Shown here: in pieces, positions 51,059 to 63,100 of the stretch
Position numbering within the stretch: the first letter of the stretch is position 1
Layout: every line of letters begins with the position of its first letter
Assembly: GCA_030390025.1 (NCBI GenBank)
Contig: CM059431.1
Location: forward strand, 118,422,001 to 118,486,000
DNA: 64,000 nt
Direction of reading: 5' to 3'
Origin: Squalus acanthias
Lineage: Eukaryota
Notes under the pieces: generated by a model
Seen by the model: only the letters and a program-made list of their open reading frames with translations
What the model was told of the DNA's origin: nothing
Database searches by the model: none
Position numbers and translations under genes: made by a program

Positions 51059-54000
51059 TCAGTACCCTGTCCCTGCCTTCTCCCCATATCCCTTGATACC
51101 TTTAGCCTTAAGAAATATATCTAACTCCTTCTTGAATATATTTACTGACTTGGCCTCAACTGCCTTCTGTGGTAGAGAATTCCACAGGTTCACCACTCTC
51201 TGGATGAAGAAATTCCTCCTCATCTCAGTCCTAAATGGCTTACCCCTTATCTTTAGACTGTGACCTCTTGTTCTGGACTCACCCGCCATCGGGAACATCC
51301 GTCCTGCATCCAGTCTGTCTAGCCCTGTTAGAATTTTATAAGTTTCAATGAGATCTGTAAGGGGTTTTGGCGTGCTTGTATCACAGACGGTGCTGGTGCG
51401 AGGTTAGGCCTTCGTTGCCTAATACTATTGCTTGCTCTGGTCTCCGGCCAGCCTTGTTGCAATAAGCACCTGTGAGTGGTTCGACCCACTCGCCCTTATG
51501 GTTCTAACACTGGACTTAGGTGCGAGAGCAGTAATGCAGAGAAAAACTCAAATAGACCTGGTTGAATAGCACGAAATGGAAATCTTTATTGCATAGCATC
51601 CAAAATCATGAAGTACATGTCATAGGCGCAAATTAACGAGAGTACAAGTATACATACATTCATAAAGCTTTGTCTATGGTAACGAAGAACGCACGGCACA
51701 TCGTAAAAAGGGGAACACATTATACTTTATCCTTAATAAAACCACCCTCCCCTATCAATACCTACACTACATCTAGATTTATAGGATCTTGAAACATGCT
51801 CACCACTCGTGATACTTCGGAGAATTTTAAAGTGAGGCACTCGGCTCGTTCGCTGCAGCACCTGACTGTCACGTGTTTGGAGGGGTCTCTGTACCCCACT
51901 TGTTTATTTTCGCTGCTGCGACAAGCAGGCTGGACTCCCCGTTGTCATGAAGAACTCGACAGCACTCGGGCCCGGCTGTAGAACTCAAAGAAATGTCTTC
52001 CTGTACCGACACCAGTTGCCGGTAGAATTCAAAGAAGAGTCTTTGACCGGTTCGTGCAGTAACCTGTAGAGTTCAAGAAATGGGTCGTATATTTTCGAGC
52101 GCGGTCGGGGTTTACTGACCGCAGCAGCACGTGGATTCTTCTTCTTCTCTTGTCATTTCGTCTCGTCTTCTTGGGCCTTCGGGTCCAAACACCGTTTACC
52201 AACTCTCGGGATGGTGCACCCGGTCACTGGCCTTCGTCGGGGCGACTCGTTCCAATTGAGCTCCACCCAACATTCGAATAACCGTCCAGTGCGGCTAAAA
52301 GTCCAGAGGCAACAGAGTCCAGAGAAAACACAGAAGGCTGCTCATCCAGCAGAGTTCAGCCCGAGTCAAGAGTCCGCAGAGATAAGAGCACGAATCAAGT
52401 GAATAAGAGTTCAGCAGTCAGCAGCGAGATAAGAGAATAAGAGACCGATGGAGATTTGTTCACTATAGTTATAGTGCTGTGTTCCCTTATCTCCCGCCCA
52501 AATCTTAATGTTTGTCCTTTGTGAAATATTGGCGCTCAAAACTCCCAGCATGGGGTGATTCTTGTCTTTAACGGGTTTCGGTAGCACCTGAGACTGGCCA
52601 ACTACCCGTTAATGTTTTCCCCATTGTTGACCCAGCCAGGATCGTATGAATCGTCTCCCTGACTGGTTTTGGGGGCCCCCGAATACTTGTTTAATCACCC
52701 GAGAATGGCTCTCTCATTGTAGAGCCGTGGGGGTATTTGTGTATTGATGTGTCTGGATGGGCCTTCGATTGCCCAGTACAATGGTCCTTACTTGTGCATG
52801 GAAAACGATTCCAGCACTCATATCTTTTGCTATTGTCACAAATGCAAACAGGTTGCATCCTATCTTTATCAGTGCTTATCGAGTAATATCCCGTCTTATA
52901 TTGAAAATGTTTATTCGAACGCCATCTTGTCTGCCCACTGTACTTCTGGAAGCTTCTGCCATGATGCGCGGTGGCCATTTTACAGGCTTCTGTGTCCTTT
53001 ATATCATGACAGCATTTTGTTTAAATAAACTGATCAAACGAATCTGCTTCTATCTTGTTATTTCGAATCGCGATAATTGTGAAACTTTACAGATCTCCTC
53101 TCATTCTTCTAAACTCCAGCGAGTATAAGCCCAATCGACCCAATCTCTCCTTGTACGTCATTCCTGCCATCCCAGGTATCAGTCTGGTGAATCTTCGCTG
53201 CACACCCTCCATGGCAAGAACATCCTTCCTCAGATAAGGCGACCAAAACTGTACACAATACTCAAGGTGTGGTCTCACCAAGGCCCTGTACAGCTGCAGC
53301 AAGACATCCTTGTTCCTGTACTCAAACCCTCTCGCTACGAAGGCCAACATACCATTTGCCTTCTTAACCGCCTGCTGTACCTGCATGCTTACCTTCAGCG
53401 ACTGGTGCACAATTTCACTCAGGTCTCGTTGCACTTCCCCTTCTCCCAATCTATTGCCGTTCAGATAATAATCTGCCTTTCTGTTTTTGCCACCAAAGTG
53501 GATAACCTCGCATTTATCCACATTATACTGCATCTGCCATGCTTCTGCCCAATCACCCAACCTGTCCAAATCATACTGGAGTTTCTCTGCATCCTCCTCG
53601 CAGCACACATGCCCACCCAGCTTTGTGTCATCTGCAAACTTGGAGATATTACAGTTCCCTCGTCTAGTGAATAGCTGGGGTCCTCTGACCGTTTTCTGCG
53701 GAACCCCACTAGTCACTGCCTGCCACTCAGAAAAAGACCCATTTATTCCAACTCTTTGTTTCCTGTCTGCCAACCAGTTCTCTATCCAAGTCAGTACCTT
53801 GCCCCCAATCCCATGTGCCTTAACTTTACACGCTAATCTCTTATGCGGGACCTTATCAAAAGCCTTCTGAATGTCCAAATACACCACATCCATTGGTTCT
53901 CCCTTATCTATTCTATCAGTTATATGCTCAAAAAATTCCAGTAGATTAGTCAAGCATGATTTACCTTTTGTAAATCCATGTTGACTTTGTCCAATCCTGT

Positions 54001-55604
54001 CACTGTTTTCCAAGTGCTCTGCTATTGCATCTTTTATAATGGACTCGAGCATTTTCCCCACAACCGATGTCAGGCTTACCGGTCTATAATTCCCTGTTTT
54101 TTCTTTACCACCTTTTTTGAACAGTGGGGTAACATTAGCTACCCTCCAATTCATGGGAACTGTTCCAGAGTCTATAGAATTTTGGAAGATGACCAGTAAT
54201 GCATCTACTATTTCTAGGGCTACTTCCTTAAGTACCCTAGGATGTAGATTATCAGGCCCTGGGGATTTATCGGCCTTTAATGCCGTCAATTTCCCTAACA
54301 CCATTTCCCTACAAATACTGATTTCATTCAGTTCCTCCCTCTCATTAGATCCTATGTTCCCCAACATCTCTGGGAGGTTATTTGTGTTCTCCTTTGTGAA
54401 GATAGAGCCAAAGTATGTATTTAATTGGTCTGCCATTTCTTTGTTCCCCATTATAAATTCCCCTGATTCTGACTGCAAGGGACCTATGCTTGACTTCACC
54501 AATCTTTTTCTCTTCACATATTTCTAAAAGCTTTTATAGTCAGTTTTTATGTTCCCTGCAAGCTTACGCTCGTACTCTATTTCCCCCCTCTTAATTAATC
54601 CCTTTGTCCTCCTTTGCTAAATCCTAAACTGCTCCCAATCCTCAGGTTTACTGCTTTTTCTGGCCAATTTTTATGTCCTCTCCTTGGATCTTATGTTATC
54701 CCTGATTTCCCTTGTCAGCCATGGTTGAGTCACCTTTTTTGTTTCATTTTTATGCCAGACTGGGATGAACAAATTCTGTAGTTCATCCATGCGTTCTTTG
54801 AATGTTTGCCATTGCCTATCCACCGTCAACCCTTTGAGTAACATTCACCAATCTATCCTACCCAAATCGTGCCTCATACCATCGTAGTTTCCTTTATTTA
54901 AATTCAGGACCCTAGTCTCTGAGTCAACTATTTCATTCTCCATCTTAATGAAGAATTCTATCATATTATGATCGCTCCGCCCCAAGGGGCCCTGCACAAC
55001 AAGATTGCTAATTAATCCTTTCTCATTACATAAATACCCAGTCTAAGATGGCCTGGTCTCCAGTTGGTTCCTCGACATATTGGTCCAGGAAACCATCCCG
55101 TATACACTCCAGGAATTCCTCCTCCACAGTATTGTTACTAATTTGATTAGCCCAATCTATATGTAGATTAAAGTCACCCATGATAACTGCTGTGCCCTTA
55201 TCGCACGCATCTCTAATTTCCTGTTTAATGCCATCCCCAACCTCTGCATTACTATTTGGGGTTCTGTATACCACTCCCACTGACGTTTTCTGCCCCTTGG
55301 TATTTCTCAGTTCTACCCATACGGATTCCACATCATCAGAGCTAATATCCTTCCTTACAATTGTGTTAATCCCCTCTTTAACCAGCAATGCTACCCCACC
55401 TCCTTTTCCTTTTTGCCTGTCTTTCCTGAATATCGAATACCCCTGGATGTTGAATTCCCAGCCTTGGTCACCCTGGAGCCATGTCTCCGTAATCCCAATC
55501 ATATCATATCCGTTTACCTCTATTAGCGCAGCTAATTCATCCACCTTATTACGAATGCTCCTCGCATTAAGACATAAAGCCTTCAGGCTTGTTTTTTTTA
55601 ACAC
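51059..55604 (-). pseudogene. CR1 ORF2 (AP endonuclease and reverse transcriptase), disrupted
   Basis: LNARSIRNK..ITETW..MGDFN; NYRPVSLTS, QHGF, KAFDKVPH, KFADD; stops or frameshifts at 54520-55030, a small deletion near 53670 and an LTR insertion. Confidence 0.93.
51356..53091 (-). mobile_element. Solo LTR, family C (1736 bp)
   Basis: TGTAA..TTACA ends; 4-bp TSD GATC (51352-51355, 53092-53095); AATAAA on - near 51585; CR1 frame resumes (RGDL|IET). Confidence 0.85.
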
Positions 55605-55759
55605 TCTTAGACCTTTTAGAATTATTATTTACTGTGGCCATGTTTGATTTAAACTCTTGATTTCTCTGACTGTCACCTTTGCTTTTCTCCTTCCTGTCTT
55701 TTGCTCCTATCTTTGTTTCCCTTTCCTCTGTCTCCCTGCTCAGGTTCCCAACCCCCTGC

Positions 55760-56714
55760 CATATTAGTTGAAACCCTCCCCCAGAGCACTAGCAAACACT
55801 CCCCCTAGGACATCAGTCCCGGCCCTGCCCAGGTGCAAACCGTCCAGTTTGTACTGGTCCCACCTCCCCAGAACCAGTTCCAATGTCCCAGGAATTTGAA
55901 TCCCTCCCCCTTGCACCATTCCTCTAGCCATGTATTCATTTGAAATATCCTTCTATTTCTACTCGGACTAGCACGTGGCACTGGTAGCAATCCTGAGATT
56001 ACTACCTTTGAGGTCCTATTTTTTAATGTGCCTCCTAACTCCCTATATTCTGCTTTTAGGACCTCATCCCATTTTTTACCTATATCGTTGGTACCTATAT
56101 GCACCACGACAACTGTCTGTTCACCCTCCCCCTCCAAAATGCTCTGTAGCCGCTCCAAGACATCCTTGACCCTTGCACCAGGGAGGCAACATACCATCCT
56201 GGAGACTCGTTTGCGGTCCGCAGAAACACCTATCTATTCCCCTTACAATAGAATCCCCTATCACAATAGCTCTCCCACTCTTTTTCCTCCCATCCTGTGC
56301 AGCAGAACCACCCATGGTGCCAGGAAGTTGGCTGCTGCTGTCTTCCCCTGATAAGCCATCTCCCTCAACAACATCCAAAGCAGTATATCTGTTTAAGAGG
56401 GGGATGGCCACAGGGGACCCCTGCACTACCTGTCTGCACCTCCTACTCTGCCTGGTGGTCACCCATTCCCTTCCTGCCTGTACAGCCTTTACCTGCAGTG
56501 TGACCAACTCCCTAAACGTGTTATCCATGATGTCCTCAGCATCGCGAATGCTCCAGTATGCATCCATCCGCAGCTCCAGTGCCGCAATGCGGTCTGTCAG
56601 TAGCTGCAGCTGGATACACTTCACGCACACATGGTCAACAGGGACACAGGAAGTGTCCCTGATTTCCCACATAGCGCAGGAAGAGCATACCACGGGGCCG
56701 GGTTGTCCTGCCAT
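55760..56714 (-). pseudogene. CR1 ORF1 (zinc finger/leucine zipper plus SGNH esterase), frameshifted
   Basis: MAGQPGPVVCSSCAMW..CVKCIQLQLL..VIGDSIVRG..CLPGARV..HIGTNDI. Confidence 0.9.
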
Positions 56715-56970
56715 GACTTACCCTTTAATTAATTAATTAATTCAAATTAAATTAAATGAATCCCACCAATTACACTGCAATTAAATGATATACTCAAGGG
56801 CCCTTGCTTAACAGTAGTCCCCGCTACACAACAGAGACCTTAGAAACCACAAAATTTACGTTTAGAAAAATTGAGAAAGAGATACTCACCAACCAATCAC
56901 TTACCTGCTTTTTGGTGACGTCACACTTCGATTACTTTTTCCTTCCCTCTCCCGGAACCTGGATTGGTAA

Positions 56971-57263
56971 GCCTACCTGCCTCGGGCTCGCCTTTTGTAC
57001 CGCCGCCGCCTTGCTGCTCCCTCGCAGTTCCGCTCGCCGCCACTTCCGCCGCTGCTCTGGGGCCTACCTACCTCGGGCTCGCCTTTTGTACCGCCGCCGC
57101 CTTGCCGCTCCCTCGCAGGTCGCTCGCCGCTGCTGCTCTGGGGCCTACCTGCCTCGGGCTCGCCTTTTGTACCGTCGCCGCCTCGCCGCTCCCTCGCAGG
57201 CTCCGCTCGCCGCCGCTTCCGCCGCTGCTCTGGGGCCTACCTGCCTCGGGCTCGCCTTTTGTA
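56971..57263 (-). repeat. CpG-rich tandem monomers in the CR1 5' UTR (91, 81 and 92 bp plus a partial unit)
   Basis: gcctacctgcctcgggctcgccttttgtacc recurs at 56971, 57062, 57143 and 57235. Confidence 0.9.
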
Positions 57264-59675
57264 CCTCTCCTCTACCGTAGCCATCCTCTCCTCTATGGTA
57301 GCCAGCCTTACCATGGAGGTAGCCATCCTTTCCATGGAGGTTGCCATCCTTTCCGTGGTGATGCGTTCATGCGCCATTTCCTCCACAAAGGCTCTGCGCA
57401 TGTTCGCGATGGACTCCTCCATTCGCTCCACACTCACAGTGACCCTGGAGACAAAACCTGCCAGAGACCCCTGCACCTGTTCCTGGAGTTCCAGCACCGC
57501 TCTCCTTATGGATGGACCCGGAGGCACAGGGTCGACATGCAGCTGAGCCGAGCTGGCAGAGTCCTGCGCTCTCCGAAGAGGACTCTCCACTGCTGTCCCT
57601 GTCTCCACCATCTGCTGATGCTCACTTGTGATCTGTGATACACCAGGTGACAAAGCTACTCTATCTCGCGAAGGTCCCATCAAGGTGTGATCGTCAGCGC
57701 TGGTGCTGGGTGCGCTGAATTCTGCTGACACTGCGCCCTCAGAGTTTGCAGCTTCCTCTGTGGAGTCTTGAGGCTCAGGCTGCTTCCTCCTGGACAGTGG
57801 GGACAGGCGCTCTCGATGGTCCTATGGGGTAGTAAAGGAAAGAGTTAGAGATGTGAGGTAAAGGTTGCATGCACTTTGAATTGTGCAAATGATCATAAGT
57901 CAATCTGTTACAGCATTAGAATCATTATCAGTCACTCATGCAATGTCAATGAGAGAGATGCTAAACTATTCTGTCACTAGCTTGTTGTGATGCGCCCGTC
58001 TGTCCGTCCCCCACTTACGAATTGTCCTCCACTCCGGCGATCTCCAGGGCTGCCTCCTCTGAAGTGGTGAGCTGGGCTACTGAGGGTGGCCCTCCTCCTG
58101 TCCTCGCTCTTTCCCTCTTATTGTGGGCTCTCTTTTCCTGCAATGAGGGACACAAGTGGAGTTTGAGAGATAATGAAGGAGTGAGTGGAGAGAATCCATA
58201 GCATAGGTGCTTAGAAGGAGACAAAGGGCCCTCCCTGTGTGTTGAAAGTTGTTGTTATTGCATCACAGTGATAGGGAGTGTGAGGGCTGCATGGTCGAAT
58301 AGTTAAGTGAAAGTGACCATAGAGAGAGAGGGAATGGGTAAGGGTGCAGGGATGTAAGGGTCAAGTGGGATGTGGAGGAAGAGGTTGGCAAAGCAGATTG
58401 CTGGTGATGAGAGGTGATGGGGATCAGATTGAGGGTGATGAGAATGTCATACTCACTTTTCCTGTGTGGAGAAGGTCATGAAACTTCTTCCTGCACTGCT
58501 TACCTCTTGGGCCACTTGCAGCCACACAGCTTTTGTCTGCTGGGGAAGCTTTTTCCTCCCTGAGGAAGGGAAGAGCACCTCCTTATTTGATCTTGCTCCC
58601 TCCACCAGAGCTTGGAGGGAGGCCTCATCAAATCTTGGAGCACACTTTGGTCTACTGGTGGACATAATTGGTGAAGGAAGCGCTCAGAACAATGGGCATA
58701 AAGTTTAAAGGCTGAAAAAGAAGCAAGGCTGCTTGCAGGCCTTAAATCCAGCAGCATTGATGATGTCATCGGAGGCGACTTTCTGTATGAAAAGGCTCAT
58801 TGGGCCAGGGGTTCCCACATGCTGGAAATCAAGTGCCCAATTAGGGCAACATCGCACTTTTGTCCCACTTTACATCGGAGTCGGGATCCTGACAAGATGA
58901 CCACCTGACACGCCCCTAGCCCGCCGCCATGACAAAATCCAGCCCAATATATCAAATGAAGTCTGAATGGCACTCTGTATAACAACAGAATTTTTTAAAA
59001 TTCTATGCTGCTTGTGATGATGCCCAGAATCCCATTAGCCTTTTTGATCAAATTTTGCACCTCTGCAACCTCCTTCAGTCTTAAATCTTAGCCTCTGCCC
59101 TTTAGGCCCCCAACTCTTGCATTTGTGCATCTCTCCTCTCTTCCTCCTACTTTTTCGGCTATATCCCTATCTCTTCAACCATTGCTTAATGTCTGTTTCT
59201 CCTTTGTGAAACACATTGGAACATTCTCTACATTAAATGTGCTATATAAAGAATATAAGAGCGTAAGAAATAGGAGCAGGAGTAGGCCACTTGGCCCTTC
59301 GAGCCTGCTCCGCCATTCAATAAGATCATGGCTGATCTTCTACCTCATCTCCACTTTCCTGCACTATCCCCATATCCCTTAATTCTCTTAATATTCAAAA
59401 ATCTATCGATCTCTATCTTGAATATACTCAATGACTGAGGCTCCACAGCCCTCTGGGGTAGAGAATTCCTAAGATTCACCATCCTCTGAGTGAAGAAATT
59501 TCTCCTCATCTCAGTCCTAAATGCCCGACCCCTTATTCTGAGACTGTGACCCCTGGTTCTAGACTCCCCAGCCAGGGGAAACATCCTCCCTGCAGCTACC
59601 CTGTCAAGTCTAGTAAGAATTTTGTATGTTTAAATGAGATCACCTCTCATTCTTCTAAACTCTAGAGAATATAAG

Positions 59676-60798
59676 TGAAGGGATAAGCCATATAACCTAT
59701 TCAAAAAAATACACTATCTTATGAAAGAATTCTGGCCTTATTAAAACATGACAAATTGGGTTTGGAAATTTAGAAACCTAACTAGGAAATAGCTATGAAA
59801 GAATTCTGGCTATTGAGATAAGACAGTTGTTGACCCTGAATAAATAACCTTATTGAAACAGAAGGTACATGGCTCTGACAGGCTGACCTTTCGGAACAAA
59901 AACAATGATTCACCCTGGATAAGGTGTTCTAATTTAAACTTCGTAAACATGGCACATAAGATAAGGAACATCTGCCCTTGTAAAGATGACAAAAAATAAG
60001 GAACACCTGCCTTTCACACCGTTCTATATGGTGACCCTAGAACACCTGGAGATGGGACAAGTTTCTGGCTGATATAGTAGTAAGAATTGCAGAGGTCGGC
60101 AGAAAGATGAATAGGGATAATTGATTTGCATCAGCAGAAACTTTAAAGGAAATACCACTGGAAAAGGGTATAAATATTGAAGTTTCAAATGGATATCAGA
60201 CTTGCTTTAATCGGGCAAAGTGATTCTCGGCCACAGAGGTGGCTCTGTAGTCTACCACTCTTTGTACCTCGGGGATCAAAGGTATTTGATATTGATGGAT
60301 ATCCTGTATAGAAACATTTAAGAACTGTAATAATATAGCGAAGTTAAGATTTAAAAGTAAGATTCTCTGTTAAAAAGATAGTATTTTTTCTCTTTTCAGA
60401 ACTGTTAATGTTGGTTGACTGATTCACCAACTGTAAATTGCATGTCGTTTCTTTATATTTTTAGAATTGTCTCACATAAGTCTTCTGTATCAGTAACTCA
60501 CAAACTCAATTTCTGTATACTCTTTGGTGAAGAGTTACAGAATTCTGAGGGAGTTTTCCAGACCCTAATAATATCCGGGATGCTACAGTCTAGCTAAACT
60601 TATTAAAAGTGCTATCTGGAGGACGGTAACATTCTCAGGTTGTTCCTTTCCTTTAGGGAGAGATAGCCCGGACCTTTAGACCCAATTAAGCGTCTTTAGG
60701 ATTCGGCTACCTCAAACTTTAGTTGAAAGTGAACGTCTGAGAAATATGCCTGATCCGGGGTAGCCCTAAAGGGGCTAGGAATAGTAAATATCCCTTCA
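59676..60798 (+). mobile_element. Solo LTR, copy 2 of family A
   Basis: Perfect 10-bp inverted termini TGAAGGGATA / TATCCCTTCA; inserted within a CR1. Confidence 0.85.
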
Positions 60799-60800
60799 TA

Positions 60801-61241
60801 GAAACATAGAAACATAGAAACATAGAATCTAGGAGCAGGAGTAGGCCATTCGGCCCGTCGAGCCTGCTCCGCCATTCAATACGATCATGGCTGATCATCC
60901 AAATCCAGTACCCTGTCCCTGCTTTAATCCCCACAGTACACATATCCCACCCGACCCCCGTAACCCCACGTATTTAATTCCCCCTAACATATCCTATCCT
61001 ATCCCCATAACCCCACATATTTAATCCCCCCCTAACACTAAGGGTCAATTTATCATAGCCAAATCAACCTAACCCGCACATTTTTGGACTGTGGGAGGAA
61101 ACCGGAGCACCCGGAGGAAACCCACGCAGACACGGGGAGAATGTGCAAACTCCACACAGACAGTCACCCGAGGTCAGATTCGAACCCGGGTCCCTGGCGC
61201 TGTGAGGCACCAGTGCTAACCACTATGCCACCGTGTTGCCC
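60801..61241 (-). mobile_element. HE1-type V-SINE
   Basis: tRNA-like head with A box TGGCATAGTGG and B box GGTTCGAATC, V-domain (gtttcctccgggtgctccggtttcctcccacagtccaaa) and CR1/HER1-derived tail. Confidence 0.9.
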
Positions 61242-62329
61242 ACGGCAACACGGCCTAGTCTACTCAATCTCTCATAGGATAATCCCCCCATCCCAGGAAC
61301 CAGTCTGGTGAACCTTCATTGCACTCCCTCCAAGGCAAGTATATCCTTCCTTAGGTAAGGAGACCAAAACTGTACACAAAACTCCAGGTGTGGTCTCACT
61401 AGGACCCTATATAATTGCAGTAAGATGTCTTTACTCTTATACTCAAATCCTCTTATAATAACGGCCAACATACCATTTGCTTTCCTAATTGTTTGCTGCA
61501 CCTGCATGTTCACTTTCAGTGATTCGTGTACAAGGACACCCAGGCCGCTCTGAACACCAACATTTCCCAATCCCTCACCATTTAAAAAATACTCTGCTTT
61601 TCTATTTTTCCTACCAAAGTGGATAACTTCACATTTCTCCACATTATATTCCATTTGCCATGTTCTTGCCCACTCACTTAGCCTGTCTATATCCCCTTGA
61701 AGCTTGCTTGCATCCTCCTCACAATTTATATTCCCACCCAGCTTTGTATCATCAGCAAACTTGGATATATTACATTTGGTCCCCTCATCCAAATCATTCA
61801 TGTAATTTGTGAATAGCTGAGGCCCAAGCACTGATCCTTGCGGTACCCCACTAGTTACAACTTTCCAATCCGAAAATGACCCGTTTATTCCTACCCTCTG
61901 TTTTCTGTCCGCTAACCAATCCTCAATCCATGCGAGTATATTACCCCCAATCCAATGAGCCCTAATTTTGTTTAATAACCTCTTGTGAGGCACCTTATCA
62001 AATGCCTTCTGAAAATCTAAATGCACCACATCCACTGGTTCCCCCTTATCTAGTCTGCTAGTTACAACCTCAAAAAATTCTAACAGATTTGTCAAACACG
62101 ATTTCCCTTTCATAAATCCGTGTTGACTCTGCCCAATCCTATTATTATTTTCTAAGTGTCCTGTTACCACGTCCTTAATAATAGATTCGAGCATTTTCCC
62201 TATTACTGATGTCAGGCTAACTGGTCTGTAGTTCCCCATTTTCTCTCTCCCTCCTTTCTTAAATAGTGGGGTTACATGCTGTTTGTTGTTATTGCACCTG
62301 TGAACTACCTTTTAATGGCTAAGTACCTG

Positions 62330-63100
62330 GATTCCTAAATTCGTTTTTCATCCAGCCTCCTAGTACTTCCCCATTTAGACTGTATTCTTATCTGACATTC
62401 TTATGTTCAGAATGTATTATCTCACACTTTGTTGCATTAGGCTGCTTCTGCCATTGTTCTCCCCACTGCAATTTTCCACTTGCTTCTACACAATTTACCA
62501 TACTTCCCAGCTTAATATCATCTTCAAATTTGTATATATTCCGCTCTCTTCCCAGCAAGAACTGGCATCCCAGCACTGATCCCTGGAGAACACCAATGTA
62601 AGAATGCTCCTGTTATCCCAACTCACTGCCTGCTCCCTCCCAACCAAAATCTCCTATCCTTGCCATGAGGCAGCCTTCAATTCTATGTGATTAATTTCTG
62701 TTACTAATTTCTTCTACAAAACTTTTTATTACCATTTGAAGATCCATCTACATGAAATTAATTGATGCTTTTTGGTTTACCCCTTCCTCCGCTTCTGAAT
62801 AAATATGTAATCCTTATTGCTTTCCAATAATCCATCATTATCCCCAAATCCAGCAAATTTTGAAAGATTTTAGCTAACACACCCCAATTTCCTCACCTAT
62901 TTCTTTTAATTACATCTGGGCCTGGAAATTGGTTTGGCTTCAATACAATTAGTTTAGCAATTACAATGTTCTTCTGCTTATACTAATTCATGTAAATGTA
63001 TCTTTGTCAATAATCCCTAATCTTTCCTGTACCTCGGGTATCATATTCTTCTTTTCCACTGTGAAGACCAAAGCAAAGAATTAAGCTAAGAGCTTCACTA
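62330..63100 (-). mobile_element. Old decayed CR1 RT fragments
   Basis: KFEDDIKLG..WGEQWQ..KCEIIH in ORF 62388-62576. Confidence 0.6.

Larger units (their letters stand above)
50961..57263 (-). mobile_element. Near full-length CR1/HER1 LINE
   Basis: 5' UTR repeats, ORF1 (CxxC..CxxC, leucine zipper, GDS esterase), ORF2 (APE and RT), 3' UTR and catagaaa tail; split by a solo LTR. Confidence 0.96.
49322..58665 (-). pseudogene. H4 Myb/SANT-like gene, three exons, exon 3 interrupted by nested insertions
   Basis: MSTSRPKCAPRFDEASLQALVEG (58665), QEKRAHNKRERARTGGGP (about 58140), ERMATSMERMATS (about 57300), remainder at 50472-50960 and 49322-49382. Confidence 0.85.
48299..58945. mobile_element. 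PIF/Harbinger H4: Myb gene on -, transposase core deleted; hosts a CR1 and two solo LTRs
   Basis: TIRs GGGCTCGATTTTG / GGGCTGGATTTTG; TSD AGT/AAT (one mismatch); colinear in reverse with H3. Confidence 0.9.
47700..59070 (-). mobile_element. Old CR1 fragment split by Harbinger H4 (pieces about 47700-48298 and 58949-59070), with a Deu-SINE tail at about 47865-47980
   Basis: Decayed LRGDL.E..KI and YCV.FW..Y-like sequence on -, continuing after H4. Confidence 0.55.
59247..62277 (-). mobile_element. CR1/HER1 LINE, 5'-truncated, split by a solo LTR and a SINE (pieces 59247-59675, 61252-62277)
   Basis: ORF 61316-62239 with complete RT motifs; C-terminus and tail at 59247-59675. Confidence 0.95.

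Noticed and set aside
53267..56736. Many + strand ORFs over CR1 and Harbinger bodies
   Set aside because: Antisense shadows of element coding sequence with no independent motifs.
4923..57263. CRISPR-like arrays at 4923-5135, 46525-46635 and 56971-57263
   Set aside because: Head-to-tail tandem repeats without unique spacers, no cas genes, eukaryotic context.
43772..60798. A single 17-kb provirus bounded by the two family A LTRs
   Set aside because: No gag/pol, PBS or shared outer TSD; copy 2 is independently nested in a CR1.
61165..61241. tRNA gene
   Set aside because: The A and B boxes belong to the head of an HE1-type SINE with V-domain and LINE-derived tail.
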